Origin: Escherichia coli
GTDB lineage: Bacteria; Pseudomonadota; Gammaproteobacteria; Enterobacterales; Enterobacteriaceae
Direction: 5' to 3' (one strand)
DNA length: 64,000 nucleotides
Assembly: GCF_003334355.1 (NCBI RefSeq)
Contig: NZ_QOWP01000005.1
The translations under genes and the position numbers were made by a program. This document shows, in pieces, positions 1 through 13,668 of the stretch. The first letter of the stretch is position 1. Every line of letters starts with the position of its first letter. The notes under the pieces were generated by a model that was given only the letters and a program-made list of their open reading frames with translations, was not told the DNA's origin and did no database searches.

Positions 1-64
1 CAGAGTTGAGCGCAACGTCAAGCATTGCGGTCACGGCATAGCGCCCTTTAGATGTCAGTCTCAT
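1..64 (-). CDS. iscR: IscR Fe-S cluster regulator, N-terminal 21 codons only (gene continues beyond window start)
   Basis: Reverse complement of 1-64 reads ATG AGA CTG ACA TCT AAA GGG ... = MRLTSKGRYAVTAMLDVALNS, recognised as the IscR N-terminus; GAGGTGA ribosome-binding site just upstream at 68-74. Confidence 0.8.
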   Translation of the reverse strand, partial: MRLTSKGRYAVTAMLDVALNS

Positions 65-99
65 GTCTTACTTCACCTCAAACTCGCCCCTGCCCGGGG

Positions 100-200
100 T
101 TTTTTATTGTAAAAGTGGGGGTATTGCATAGCAGGGTCAAGTCTGACATTCCCGAGTAAATTGGTCAACTATTTACTTGACTGATTTAGTCGGGTATTTA
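100..200 (-). promoter_or_regulatory. iscR promoter region with IscR-type operator-like sequence (ATACCCGACTAAATCAGTCAAGTAAATAGTTGACC on minus strand)
   Basis: Sequence at about 161-197 matches the remembered type-1 IscR site pattern; position is immediately upstream of the iscR start. Confidence 0.5.
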
Positions 201-241
201 ACCTTCAGTGCCATTTTTTTATCGTGGTGTTTGTACCTGTT

Positions 242-422
<181 letters not shown>

Positions 423-424
423 TG

Positions 425-1165
425 TTATTCGGCCTTGTTACCTTTATTCTGCTGCTCAATAGAAGCCAGAATCCCGCGCAGGATATTCAACTCCTGGCTT
501 TCCGGGCGCGCACGGGTAAACAGACGGCGCAATTTATTCATCACCTGCCCCGGATGGTTTTCACGGATAAAACCGGTTGCCAGCAGCGTTTGTTCCAGAT
601 GACCATAAAAACGCTCCAGATCATCGACCAGCGGATACGGCGTCTCTTCATGCTCGACCTGCTCGCCATTTTCCTGAGTTGCCAGCCAGGCCATGCGCAC
701 TTCATAGGCAATAACCTGAACCGCCATCGCCAGGTTCAGCGAGCTGTATTCCGGGTTAGCCGCAATCGCGACATGATAATGGCATTTCTGCAACTCTTCA
801 TTGGTCAGGCCGACACGTTCGCGACCAAAAACCAGCGCCACCGGGGTATTTGCCGCTTCAGCAACGCTTTTCAAACCGCATTCGCGCGGGTCGAGCATCG
901 GCCACGGCAGCGTGCGGGAACGTGCGCTGGTGCCCACCACCAGGCTACAACCGGCTAACGCTTCGTCGAGCGTATCGACGATGTGAGCATTACCAATCAC
1001 ATCGCTGGCCCCCGCCGCCAGGGCAATCGCCTGGGAGTCAGGTTTCACCAGTGGATTAACCAGCCACAGATTGGTTAATCCCATTGTTTTCATGGCACGG
1101 GCAACAGAACCCATATTGCCGGTGTGTGACGTCTCCACCAGCACAATTCGAATATTTTGCAGCAT
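425..1165 (-). CDS. trmJ: tRNA (cytidine/uridine-2'-O)-methyltransferase TrmJ
   Basis: 246-aa [32 protein letters not shown]..., SpoU-family methyltransferase; divergent from suhB. Confidence 0.9.
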
Positions 1166-1283
1166 TGTCTTTCTTCGTCTAAAGATTATTCGCGCATCTT
1201 ATCATAAAACGAAGACAGATGCCGATCTCGCTGCTATACTCTGCGCCGTTTTCCCGTTCTTTAACATCTAGTGAGAGAGACCG

Positions 1284-2087
1284 ATGCATCCGATGCTGAA
1301 CATCGCCGTGCGCGCAGCGCGCAAGGCGGGTAATTTAATTGCCAAAAACTATGAAACCCCGGACGCTGTAGAAGCGAGCCAGAAAGGCAGTAACGATTTC
1401 GTGACCAACGTAGATAAAGCTGCCGAAGCGGTGATTATCGACACGATTCGTAAATCTTACCCACAGCACACCATCATCACCGAAGAAAGCGGTGAACTTG
1501 AAGGTACTGATCAGGATGTTCAATGGGTTATTGATCCACTGGATGGCACTACCAACTTTATCAAACGTCTGCCGCACTTCGCGGTATCTATCGCTGTTCG
1601 TATCAAAGGCCGCACCGAAGTTGCTGTGGTATACGATCCTATGCGTAACGAATTGTTCACCGCCACTCGCGGTCAGGGCGCACAGCTGAACGGCTACCGT
1701 CTGCGCGGCAGCACCGCTCGCGATCTCGACGGTACTATTCTGGCGACCGGCTTCCCGTTCAAAGCAAAACAGTATGCCACTACCTACATCAACATCGTCG
1801 GCAAACTGTTCAACGAATGTGCAGACTTCCGTCGTACCGGTTCTGCGGCGCTGGATCTGGCTTACGTCGCTGCGGGTCGTGTTGACGGTTTCTTTGAAAT
1901 CGGTCTGCGCCCGTGGGACTTCGCTGCAGGCGAGCTGCTGGTTCGTGAAGCGGGCGGCATCGTCAGCGACTTCACCGGTGGTCATAACTATATGCTGACC
2001 GGTAACATCGTTGCTGGTAACCCGCGCGTTGTTAAAGCCATGCTGGCGAACATGCGTGACGAGTTAAGCGACGCTCTGAAGCGTTAA
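1284..2087 (+). CDS. suhB: Inositol monophosphatase SuhB
   Basis: 267-aa ORF MHPMLNIAVRAARKAGNLIAKNYE... with the IMPase WVIDPLDGT motif. Confidence 0.92.
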   Translation: MHPMLNIAVRAARKAGNLIAKNYETPDAVEASQKGSNDFVTNVDKAAEAVIIDTIRKSYPQHTIITEESGELEGTDQDVQWVIDPLDGTTNFIKRLPHFAVSIAVRIKGRTEVAVVYDPMRNELFTATRGQGAQLNGYRLRGSTARDLDGTILATGFPFKAKQYATTYINIVGKLFNECADFRRTGSAALDLAYVAAGRVDGFFEIGLRPWDFAAGELLVREAGGIVSDFTGGHNYMLTGNIVAGNPRVVKAMLANMRDELSDALKR

Positions 2088-2231
2088 TGACTCAGGCGGG
2101 TGATATCACTCACCCGCCCTCGCCTTTCAGGCGCTATTCCGAAATACTTCCTCACTGCTTTACTTTCTTTCGTCACTCTCCCACCATCTTTCCCCGATTA
2201 ATGGATGATAAAGAAGTCGCAAGGAAAGGTT

Positions 2232-3086
2232 ATGGCACTGCCAGTGAACAAACGCGTTCTCAAAATTCTGTTTATTCTCTTTGTTGTTGCCTTCTGCGTT
2301 TATTTAGTGCCGCGCGTTGCCATCAACTTCTTCTATTATCCCGACGATAAAATTTACGGTCCCGATCCCTGGTCGGCGGAATCCGTCGAATTTACGGCTA
2401 AGGACGGTACTCGTCTGCAAGGCTGGTTTATCCCTTCTTCGACGGGCCCTGCTGACAACGCCATCGCAACCATCATTCATGCTCACGGCAATGCCGGAAA
2501 TATGTCCGCCCACTGGCCGCTGGTCAGTTGGTTACCCGAGCGTAATTTCAACGTTTTTATGTTTGATTATCGCGGGTTTGGTAAATCAAAAGGCACGCCG
2601 TCCCAGGCCGGATTGCTGGACGATACGCAAAGCGCCATCAATGTGGTGCGCCATCGCAGTGATGTAAACCCACAACGGCTGGTGCTGTTCGGGCAGAGTA
2701 TTGGCGGGGCGAATATTCTTGCTGTTATTGGTCAGGGTGATCGTGAAGGCATACGTGCGGTGATCCTCGACTCCACATTTGCCTCTTATGCAACCATCGC
2801 CAACCAGATGATCCCCGGCAGTGGCTACTTACTTGATGAGAGTTACAGCGGCGAAAATTACATCGCCAGCGTCAGCCCGATCCCGCTTTTACTCATTCAC
2901 GGTAAAGCCGATCAGGTTATCCCATGGCAGCACAGCGAAAAGTTGTATAGCCTGGCAAAAGAGCCAAAACGGTTGATCCTAATCCCGGATGGCGAACACA
3001 TTGATGCTTTTTCCGATCGTCACGGCGATGTTTATCGCGAACAGATGGTGGACTTTATCCTTAGCGCGTTGAATCCGCAGAACTAA
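2232..3086 (+). CDS. yfhR: Alpha/beta-hydrolase family protein YfhR (alternative upstream ATG at 2205)
   Basis: ORF 2205-3086; N-terminal membrane anchor and GQSIGG serine-hydrolase motif; start placed at MALPVNK to give the 284-aa form. Confidence 0.8.
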   Translation: MALPVNKRVLKILFILFVVAFCVYLVPRVAINFFYYPDDKIYGPDPWSAESVEFTAKDGTRLQGWFIPSSTGPADNAIATIIHAHGNAGNMSAHWPLVSWLPERNFNVFMFDYRGFGKSKGTPSQAGLLDDTQSAINVVRHRSDVNPQRLVLFGQSIGGANILAVIGQGDREGIRAVILDSTFASYATIANQMIPGSGYLLDESYSGENYIASVSPIPLLLIHGKADQVIPWQHSEKLYSLAKEPKRLILIPDGEHIDAFSDRHGDVYREQMVDFILSALNPQN

Positions 3087-3276
3087 CCCATGATCGCTAG
3101 CACGATAATCATTCACAAAACCACCTTAAGACATGCTAATCCACTGGTCAGAACAGTTTAAGATGAGAAAAATTCTGTGACGCTTGCCAACATTTCTGAT
3201 GATTAGCATTCCCTTCGTCATTTCCCTGAGCAAACTTTAGCTATTCTTATCAATTATGCTTATGGGAGATCTACAG

Positions 3277-4557
3277 ATGATGCCTACGCTTGCTCCACCA
3301 TCTGTCCTTTCGGCTCCCCAGCGCCGCTGCCAGATCTTGCTGACGCTCTTTCAGCCGGGGTTGACCGCCACCATGGCAACCTTCAGCGAGCTTAATGGTG
3401 TGGATGATGATATTGCCAGTCTTGATATCAGCGAAACAGGACGGGAGATCCTGCGCTATCATCAACTCACACTGACGACTGGTTATGACGGTAGCTACCG
3501 GGTTGAAGGTACAGTGCTTAACCAACGTTTGTGTTTATTTCACTGGCTACGACGTGGTTTCCGTCTGTGTCCGTCATTTATTACCAGCCAATTCACCCCC
3601 GCCCTGAAGAGTGAATTGAAGCGGCGCGGAATTGCGCGTAACTTTTACGACGATACCAATCTACAAGCGTTAGTGAATCTCTGCTCCCGACGGCTGCAAA
3701 AACGCTTTGAATCGCGCGATATTCATTTCCTGTGTCTGTATCTGCAATATTGTTTGCTGCAGCACCACGCTGGAATGACGCCTCAGTTTAATCCGCTCCA
3801 ACGTCGCTGGGCGGAATCCTGCCTTGAATTTCAGGTAGCGCAGGAAATTGGACGCCACTGGCAGCGTCGGGCGCTCCAGCCTGTACCGCCTGATGAGCCA
3901 CTGTTTATGGCACTACTTTTTTCCATGTTGCGGGTTCCCGATCCACTGCGGGATGCGCATCAGCGAGACAGACAATTGCGTCAGTCTATCAAACGTCTGG
4001 TAAACCATTTTCGTGAGCTGGGAAATGTTCGTTTTTATGATGAACAGGGGTTATGTGATCAGCTTTATACCCACCTCGCCCAGGCGTTAAATCGCAGTTT
4101 GTTTGCCATCGGTATTGATAATACCCTGCCGGAAGAGTTCGCCAGACTGTACCCACGCCTGGTGCGCACCACCCGCGCGGCGCTGGCCGGATTTGAAAGT
4201 GAATACGGCGTCCATCTTTCTGATGAGGAAAGTGGTCTGGTCGCGGTGATTTTCGGTGCCTGGCTAATGCAGGAAAACGATCTGCATGAAAAACAGATTA
4301 TTCTACTGACCGGGAATGATAGCGAGCGAGAAGCGCAGATTGAGCAGCAGTTACGCGAACTAACGTTACTGCCGCTCAACATTAAGCATATGTCGGTAAA
4401 GGCATTTTTGCAGACAGGCGCTCCGCGTGGCGCGGCACTGATTATTGCGCCTTATACCATGCCATTACCGCTCTTTTCACCACCGCTGATCTATACGGAC
4501 CTGACGCTGACAACACATCAACAGGAGCAGATCCGCAAAATGCTCGAATCAGCATGA
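3277..4557 (+). CDS. csiE: Stationary-phase inducible protein CsiE
   Basis: ORF 3256-4557; start placed at MMPTLAPPSV for the 426-aa product; 3' end overlaps the convergent hcaT by 9 bp. Confidence 0.8.
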   Translation: MMPTLAPPSVLSAPQRRCQILLTLFQPGLTATMATFSELNGVDDDIASLDISETGREILRYHQLTLTTGYDGSYRVEGTVLNQRLCLFHWLRRGFRLCPSFITSQFTPALKSELKRRGIARNFYDDTNLQALVNLCSRRLQKRFESRDIHFLCLYLQYCLLQHHAGMTPQFNPLQRRWAESCLEFQVAQEIGRHWQRRALQPVPPDEPLFMALLFSMLRVPDPLRDAHQRDRQLRQSIKRLVNHFRELGNVRFYDEQGLCDQLYTHLAQALNRSLFAIGIDNTLPEEFARLYPRLVRTTRAALAGFESEYGVHLSDEESGLVAVIFGAWLMQENDLHEKQIILLTGNDSEREAQIEQQLRELTLLPLNIKHMSVKAFLQTGAPRGAALIIAPYTMPLPLFSPPLIYTDLTLTTHQQEQIRKMLESA

Positions 4558-5688
4558 GGGAACAACTTTCGGGCGCAAAAACATTGCCGGCAGCGCCACC
4601 AGCGCCATTACCCAGAACACGCCGTGGCCCAGATATTGATACAGGAAACCGGCGAAAACGGTCATGATAGCGATACTGCCGCCCATCGCGACGGCAGAGT
4701 AAACCGCCTGTAAACGGATGACTTCGCTACCCTGGCGAGCAGCAATATAACGCATGGCGGCCAGGTGGCAGACCGTGAAGGTGCCGCAATGCAGAATTTG
4801 CACCACTATCAACCACGGCAACGCCGTAGTTGCTCCCATAATGCCCCAGCGCACTACGCCGCAAATCGCCGAGATCAACAGCATATCGCGTGCACTACAA
4901 CGGCGGAAAAGTTTATTACTCAGCGCAAAGATAATGACTTCCGCCACCACGCCCAGCGACCACAAATACCCCACCGCCGAGGCCGAGTAGCCAGCTGCCT
5001 GCCAGTAAATGGCGCTAAAACCGTAATAGGCCGCATGTGCCCCCTGCAATAAACAAACGCAGGCCAGAAAGCGCCAGTTCTGGCGAACCAGCGCCAACCA
5101 CGCTGACCAACCGGTGCTCTCCTGCTGGCGGCTTGCCCCTTGTGGCTGAATCGTCGGACGGATGAGAAAGCCGAGCAGCATGGATGCCACGCCCAACGTC
5201 AACAGCGCGAGGATCACCCGATAATCAAACATAGTGACCAGTTTGCCCGTCAGCGCCGAGCCAATGACAAACGCCACCGAGCCCCACAGTCGCACTTTGC
5301 CGTAATCAAGCGGGAACTGCTTTTGCCACGTATTCGCCAGTGCATCGGTCAACGGTACCAGCGGTGAGAAAAAGAGGTTAAAGCCAATCATCACCAGCAT
5401 CAGCCACGCTACGTGCGCCCCCGCCCAGAAGGCGACAGCAAAGAGAAGTGTCAGCAGTGCCAGCACGCGCAAGGCGAAAATCAGGCGGGAAGGATCGCTG
5501 ACGCGGGGCGCGATGAGCAAACTCCCGAGAAAACGGGCAACCAGACCTGCCCCCAATAACAGGCCGATGGTTTCTGGCGTTAAACCAATCCCTTTAAGCC
5601 AGACGCTCCAGAAAGGTAGAAAAATGCCGTAACTAAAAAAGTATGTGAAATAGCCGAGCGCCAACCAGCGCGTGGATTGCAAAACCAT
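4549..5688 (-). CDS. hcaT: MFS transporter HcaT (putative 3-phenylpropionate transporter)
   Basis: 379-aa hydrophobic multi-pass ORF next to the hca operon. Confidence 0.85.
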   Translation of the reverse strand: MVLQSTRWLALGYFTYFFSYGIFLPFWSVWLKGIGLTPETIGLLLGAGLVARFLGSLLIAPRVSDPSRLIFALRVLALLTLLFAVAFWAGAHVAWLMLVMIGFNLFFSPLVPLTDALANTWQKQFPLDYGKVRLWGSVAFVIGSALTGKLVTMFDYRVILALLTLGVASMLLGFLIRPTIQPQGASRQQESTGWSAWLALVRQNWRFLACVCLLQGAHAAYYGFSAIYWQAAGYSASAVGYLWSLGVVAEVIIFALSNKLFRRCSARDMLLISAICGVVRWGIMGATTALPWLIVVQILHCGTFTVCHLAAMRYIAARQGSEVIRLQAVYSAVAMGGSIAIMTVFAGFLYQYLGHGVFWVMALVALPAMFLRPKVVPSC

Positions 5689-5847
5689 GAGTCCCTCCCG
5701 TCAGGAGGCGTTAGTCTGGGGTTAATCGAATGTTGGTGCAAGTTGAAAAATAAGAATATTCGAGCCTGCTTCCCGATGTCTGTAACGCCAGTTCACAAGC
5801 ACTAAAAAACTGAGATCCGCGACGCATGTTGCAAAAATAATGCGTAA

Positions 5848-6738
5848 TTATGCCGTTACGCTTGCCAAACGTTCCTGCACAATGGCGATGAAATCGCGTA
5901 ATGCCGGCTTCATCTCCCCTTTCTTCCACGCCATCAGTAAAGCAATGGAAGGCACATTTCCGGCAATGGGACGAAAAACAACCTGCCCGGTATTAAAATT
6001 ATTCATATAACCGGGTATCAAAGTGACGCCCAGCCCCATGCCCACCAGATTCATGGTCACCAGAATATTCGTTGCCACCTGGACGATATTTGGCTGGCTG
6101 TTTTCTTGCGCAAACCACGCTTTAACGATCGGCGCAAGCGAACCGGAATACGCCGGATCGGTACTGACGAAATTCACGCCATCCAGTTGCGCGGCGGTGA
6201 TCTCTTTTTCATGTGCTAAAGGGTGATCAACCGGTAACACCACCACTAATGGTTCGTCAAAAAGCTCCAGATAATCAATCTCCGGGCTATAAACAGGATG
6301 GCGCATTAAGCCGACGTCGAGTTCACCACGGCGAATTTTTTCCTCCTGTTGCGTGGTGATTAAACTCACCAGCTCAATCAAGGTGTCTGGCTGTCTGAGA
6401 CGAAACATCGGTAATACTTTTGGCAATAAATTCACTTCCGCCGATGGCACAAAGCCAATGGTTAATTGTCTGTCTTCCTGAACAATTTTCCGCGCCCGTA
6501 ATTTGGCATTTTCCGCTTGTTCGAGGATTGCCAGCGCGTCCTGGAGAAAACATTCTCCCGCCGCCGTCAACGCGACTTTGCGCTTATCCCTCACCAGTAA
6601 CGGAACACCGACACAGTTTTCAAGATCGCGGATCTGGCTGCTTAACGAAGGCTGTGAGGTATGCAGTTTTTCCGCCGCACGGGTAAAGTTCAGTGCCTGC
6701 GCCACTGCGACGAAATAGCGTAAATGCCGTAGTTCCAT
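5848..6738 (-). CDS. hcaR: LysR-type transcriptional activator HcaR
   Basis: ORF 5848-6831; start placed at MELRHLRYFVAVAQ (LysR helix-turn-helix N-terminus) for a 296-aa product; divergent from hcaE. Confidence 0.88.
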   Translation of the reverse strand: MELRHLRYFVAVAQALNFTRAAEKLHTSQPSLSSQIRDLENCVGVPLLVRDKRKVALTAAGECFLQDALAILEQAENAKLRARKIVQEDRQLTIGFVPSAEVNLLPKVLPMFRLRQPDTLIELVSLITTQQEEKIRRGELDVGLMRHPVYSPEIDYLELFDEPLVVVLPVDHPLAHEKEITAAQLDGVNFVSTDPAYSGSLAPIVKAWFAQENSQPNIVQVATNILVTMNLVGMGLGVTLIPGYMNNFNTGQVVFRPIAGNVPSIALLMAWKKGEMKPALRDFIAIVQERLASVTA

Positions 6739-6837
6739 CACCTTCTCCTTGTTATCGAAAAAACGTCTCAGCTGGTAGAAATTAACTATTTCACATATTA
6801 GCAACCAACCAGCAACATCCTTATGGCACAAAAATAG

Positions 6838-8749
<1,912 letters not shown>

Positions 8750-8750
<1 letters not shown>

Positions 8751-9070
8751 TGAATCGAATTTATGCGTGTCCCGTTGCGGATGTGCCGGAGGGTGAGGCT
8801 CTCCGGATCGATACCTCGCCCGTCATCGCCCTGTTCAACGTTGGCGGCGAGTTTTATGCCATTAACGATCGTTGCAGCCATGGTAATGCGTCAATGTCAG
8901 AAGGGTATCTGGAAGATGACGCCACGGTGGAGTGCCCGCTACACGCCGCCAGTTTTTGCCTGAAAACGGGGAAAGCGTTATGCCTGCCCGCCACCGATCC
9001 GCTCACCACTTATCCAGTACACGTTGAAGGTGGTGACATTTTCATCGACTTACCGGAGGCGCAGCCATGA
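8750..9070 (+). CDS. hcaC: 3-phenylpropionate dioxygenase ferredoxin subunit (Rieske ferredoxin)
   Basis: 106-aa ORF with CSHG...CPLH motif; overlaps the hcaF stop. Confidence 0.9.
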
Positions 9071-9879
9071 GCGATCTGCATAACGAGTCCATTTTTATTA
9101 CCGGCGGCGGATCGGGATTAGGGCTGGCGCTGGTCGAGCGATTTATCGAAGAAGGCGCGCAGGTTGCCACGCTGGAACTGTCGGCGGCAAAAGTCGCCAG
9201 TCTGCGTCAGCGATTTGGCGAACATATTCTGGCGGTGGAAGGTAACGTGACCTGTTATGCCGATTATCAACGCGCGGTCGATCAGATCCTGACTCGTTCC
9301 GGCAAGCTGGATTGTTTTATCGGCAATGCAGGCATCTGGGATCACAATGCCTCACTGGTTAATACTCCCGCAGAGACGCTCGAAACCGGCTTCCACGAGC
9401 TGTTTAACGTCAACGTACTCGGTTACCTGCTGGGCGCAAAAGCCTGCGCTCCGGCGTTAATCGCCAGTGAAGGCAGCATGATTTTCACACTGTCAAATGC
9501 CGCCTGGTATCCTGGCGGCGGTGGCCCGCTGTACACCGCCAGTAAACATGCCGCAACCGGACTTATTCGCCAACTGGCTTATGAACTGGCACCGAAAGTG
9601 CGGGTGAATGGCGTCGGCCCGTGTGGTATGGCCAGCGACCTGCGCGGCCCACAGGCGCTCGGGCAAAGTGAAACCTCGATAATGCAGTCTCTGACGCCGG
9701 AGAAAATTGCCGCCATTTTACCGCTGCAATTTTTCCCGCAACCGGCGGATTTTACGGGGCCGTATGTGATGTTGGCATCGCGGCGCAATAATCGCGCATT
9801 AAGCGGTGTGATGATCAACGCTGATGCGGGTTTAGCGATTCGCGGCATTCGCCACGTAGCGGCTGGGCTGGATCTTTAA
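9067..9879 (+). CDS. hcaB: cis-dihydrodiol dehydrogenase (short-chain dehydrogenase)
   Basis: 270-aa ORF with [11 protein letters not shown]-binding motif; overlaps the hcaC stop. Confidence 0.9.
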
Positions 9880-11091
<1,212 letters not shown>

Positions 11092-11187
11092 CCAGGATAA
11101 TTAGCGAATATCTCAATGCCTGGGGCGTGGCGAGGTGCAAGAGTGTGTATTACGTTTAAATCACATTATCTTGCAAAGGGATTGGTT

Positions 11188-11610
11188 ATGAACACACTAC
11201 GTTATTTTGATTTTGGAGCTGCCCGCCCCGTTTTGTTATTAATTGCCCGTATCGCCGTGGTCTTAATTTTCATTATTTTTGGTTTTCCCAAAATGATGGG
11301 CTTTGACGGTACGGTCCAATATATGGCCTCGTTGGGCGCGCCAATGCCGATGCTGGCAGCGATTATTGCGGTAGTTATGGAAGTGCCCGCCGCGATATTA
11401 ATCGTGCTTGGCTTTTTCACCCGTCCGCTGGCGGTGCTGTTTATTTTCTACACGCTGGGTACGGCGGTGATTGGTCACCATTACTGGGATATGACCGGCG
11501 ATGCGGTTGGGCCAAATATGATTAATTTCTGGAAGAATGTCAGTATCGCTGGCGCGTTCTTGCTATTGGCAATTACCGGGCCGGGGGCAATTTCTCTCGA
11601 TCGGCGTTAG
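11188..11610 (+). CDS. yphA: DoxX-family inner membrane protein YphA (ORF track begins at an upstream ATG, 11116)
   Basis: Hydrophobic ORF; start placed at MNTLRYFDF for a 140-aa product. Confidence 0.75.
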
Positions 11611-11616
11611 GAAAGA

Positions 11617-11650
11617 TGCCGGATGCGGCGTGAACGCCTTATCCGGCATT
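11617..11650. repeat. REP palindromic unit between yphA and yphB
   Basis: gatgccggatgcggcgtgaacgccttatccggcatt, same family as the REP units at 242-422. Confidence 0.8.
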
Positions 11651-11657
11651 TAATAAA

Positions 11658-12530
11658 TTACAGCCACTCTACCCGCAACGACATCTCTGAAGTTGTTGAT
11701 TCCCCTGGTGCTAGCGCAATGAGATCACCCCCTTCCGGGCGATGATGATCATCCGGCGCATGGCTCATCGGTTCCAGACAGAAGAAATCAAACGCATATC
11801 CTTTATCAAACGCAGGGTCGGAAACAAAGATGAAATAACACGGTGCAGGTGGCGTCGTTTCCATGATGATGGCATAACCTTCCTGCGGCTGCTCGATGCG
11901 GGCCTGACCATTCCATCCGGCAAAACCATTGTTCACCCACTGGCGCGGCAACGGCGCGGGCTGGTTAAAATCCAGTTCCTGCGGTAGCTGCTCGCAAAAC
12001 TCACCCGCCAGCCACTGCTCCCGCTCCAGCCAGTAACCGCTCGCCTGTGCCTGAATCCGCGTTTGCGGCGACAACGGAAAATAAGGATGCCAGCCGGTAC
12101 CAAATGGCAGCGTCTCTGCCCCTTGATTGGTGACAGAGAGCGTCACCGTCAGCGTATCCGCCGTTAAATGAAACGCCTGACTTACCCGATAGTGATAGAC
12201 ACCGCTGCGATGTTCATACACCAGACACAAACTATCATCGCTGTGCGAGACACATTGCCACTCGCCCAGCCAGCCATCGCCGTGTAGATAGTGCGCATCC
12301 CACTCAACATTCGGTTGCAGTTGATACTCACGCCCCTGCCAGACAAAACGATTGCCGCTCACCCGGTTTGCAAATGGCACCAGCGGAAAACATGAGGCAT
12401 CGGTTGCCACACCGCTTTTTTTACCAGGACGTAAGAGCGGCGTCGTATCGCGCCAGAAGCCTTCGATTACGCCGCCCTGGTCAGAAACGTCCAGCTTTAG
12501 CGACCCGTGGGATAAGGTATAGATGGTCAT
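11658..12530 (-). CDS. yphB: Aldose 1-epimerase family protein YphB
   Basis: 290-aa ORF MTIYTLSHGSLKLDVSDQGGVIEGFWRD... Confidence 0.85.
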   Translation of the reverse strand: MTIYTLSHGSLKLDVSDQGGVIEGFWRDTTPLLRPGKKSGVATDASCFPLVPFANRVSGNRFVWQGREYQLQPNVEWDAHYLHGDGWLGEWQCVSHSDDSLCLVYEHRSGVYHYRVSQAFHLTADTLTVTLSVTNQGAETLPFGTGWHPYFPLSPQTRIQAQASGYWLEREQWLAGEFCEQLPQELDFNQPAPLPRQWVNNGFAGWNGQARIEQPQEGYAIIMETTPPAPCYFIFVSDPAFDKGYAFDFFCLEPMSHAPDDHHRPEGGDLIALAPGESTTSEMSLRVEWL

Positions 12531-12541
12531 CCGCTAACTCC

Positions 12542-13603
12542 TTAATCCGGGAAGTTAATCACAACTTTCCCGCATTTGCCGCTCGCCATCAGCGCATAGG
12601 CATCACCTGCCTGTTCCAGCGAGAAGCGATGGGTAATGGCGTTACGCGGCCACAGCTTCCAGTCCGTCAGATCATGGGCGCATTTTTCCATATGGAACAG
12701 ACTGGTCACCCAGGAGCCGATAATCCGCCGTTGATGGTGCATCAGATCGGCGCTGACCTCGAATTCCACTTCTCCGGTTTCACCAATGTAAACCACCCGT
12801 CCCCAGTCAGCGGTGGATTGCAGTGCCAGCAAGCGACCTGCGGCATTACCGGAACAATCGAGCGCAACATCCGCGCCACCGTGGGTGAGTTCGGCGATAA
12901 TCTGCGGCAGACCTTCGGTGGTTGCTAAATAGCCGTGATCCATCACCCCTAACTGTTTTGCCATCGCCAGACGTTCCGGCAGCATATCAACGCCGATGAT
13001 CCGTTTTGCACCGCGACCTTTCGCCAGCATCATCGCCATCATGCCGACCGGCCCCAGACCGACCACCAGCACGTTATCGCTGCCGGAAACTTCGCCGCGC
13101 AAAATCCCTTCATAGGCCGTGCCAACGCCGCAACTGATAAACGCACCATCTTCGTAGCTCAGCGCATCCGGCAGGAGGATCAGATCTTTTTCTTCCGCCA
13201 GCAGATATTCGGCATGACCGCCGTCACGCTGCCAGCCGTAAGCCGCTTTTCCTTTGCCAGTACAAGAGATAGGAAAGCCGCGGCGGCAGTTCGGGCAAAA
13301 ACCACAGCCAGAAATGTGATACACCAGCACGCGGTCGCCCTCTTTAAAATGGCGGCAGCCTTGCCCCATCGCCACAATCTGCCCGCACGGTTCATGACCG
13401 TTGATAAATCCTTGGTATAACGGTTTGTCGGGTGCCGCTGCCGTAGCGCGGTGCTGGTGGTAGATATAGTGGACATCGCTTCCGCAAATTCCGGAAGATT
13501 TCATTTTGATCAGTACCTGGTTAATCCCTGGTGTCGGCACCGCAACTTCCCGTAGATCGACGGTCGAATTTCCTGGTAAATAAGCTGCCAGCATCGTTTT
13601 CAT
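12542..13603 (-). CDS. yphC: Zinc-dependent alcohol/sugar dehydrogenase YphC
   Basis: ORF 12542-13636; MDR-family motifs GHEPCG and GLGPVG; start placed at MKTMLAAYLPG for a 353-aa product. Confidence 0.85.
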   Translation of the reverse strand: MKTMLAAYLPGNSTVDLREVAVPTPGINQVLIKMKSSGICGSDVHYIYHQHRATAAAPDKPLYQGFINGHEPCGQIVAMGQGCRHFKEGDRVLVYHISGCGFCPNCRRGFPISCTGKGKAAYGWQRDGGHAEYLLAEEKDLILLPDALSYEDGAFISCGVGTAYEGILRGEVSGSDNVLVVGLGPVGMMAMMLAKGRGAKRIIGVDMLPERLAMAKQLGVMDHGYLATTEGLPQIIAELTHGGADVALDCSGNAAGRLLALQSTADWGRVVYIGETGEVEFEVSADLMHHQRRIIGSWVTSLFHMEKCAHDLTDWKLWPRNAITHRFSLEQAGDAYALMASGKCGKVVINFPD

Positions 13604-13668
13604 AAATCCCTCATTAACAATACGATTAATTTTCATCCCTGCCGCACCCGCGCCAGGGGCGTTAAGGT

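Noticed and set aside
3100-3255. Possible CRP site upstream of csiE (tgtgacgcttgccaaca)
   Set aside because: Only one half-site matches TGTGA well and the second half is poor, so I cannot support the call from sequence alone.
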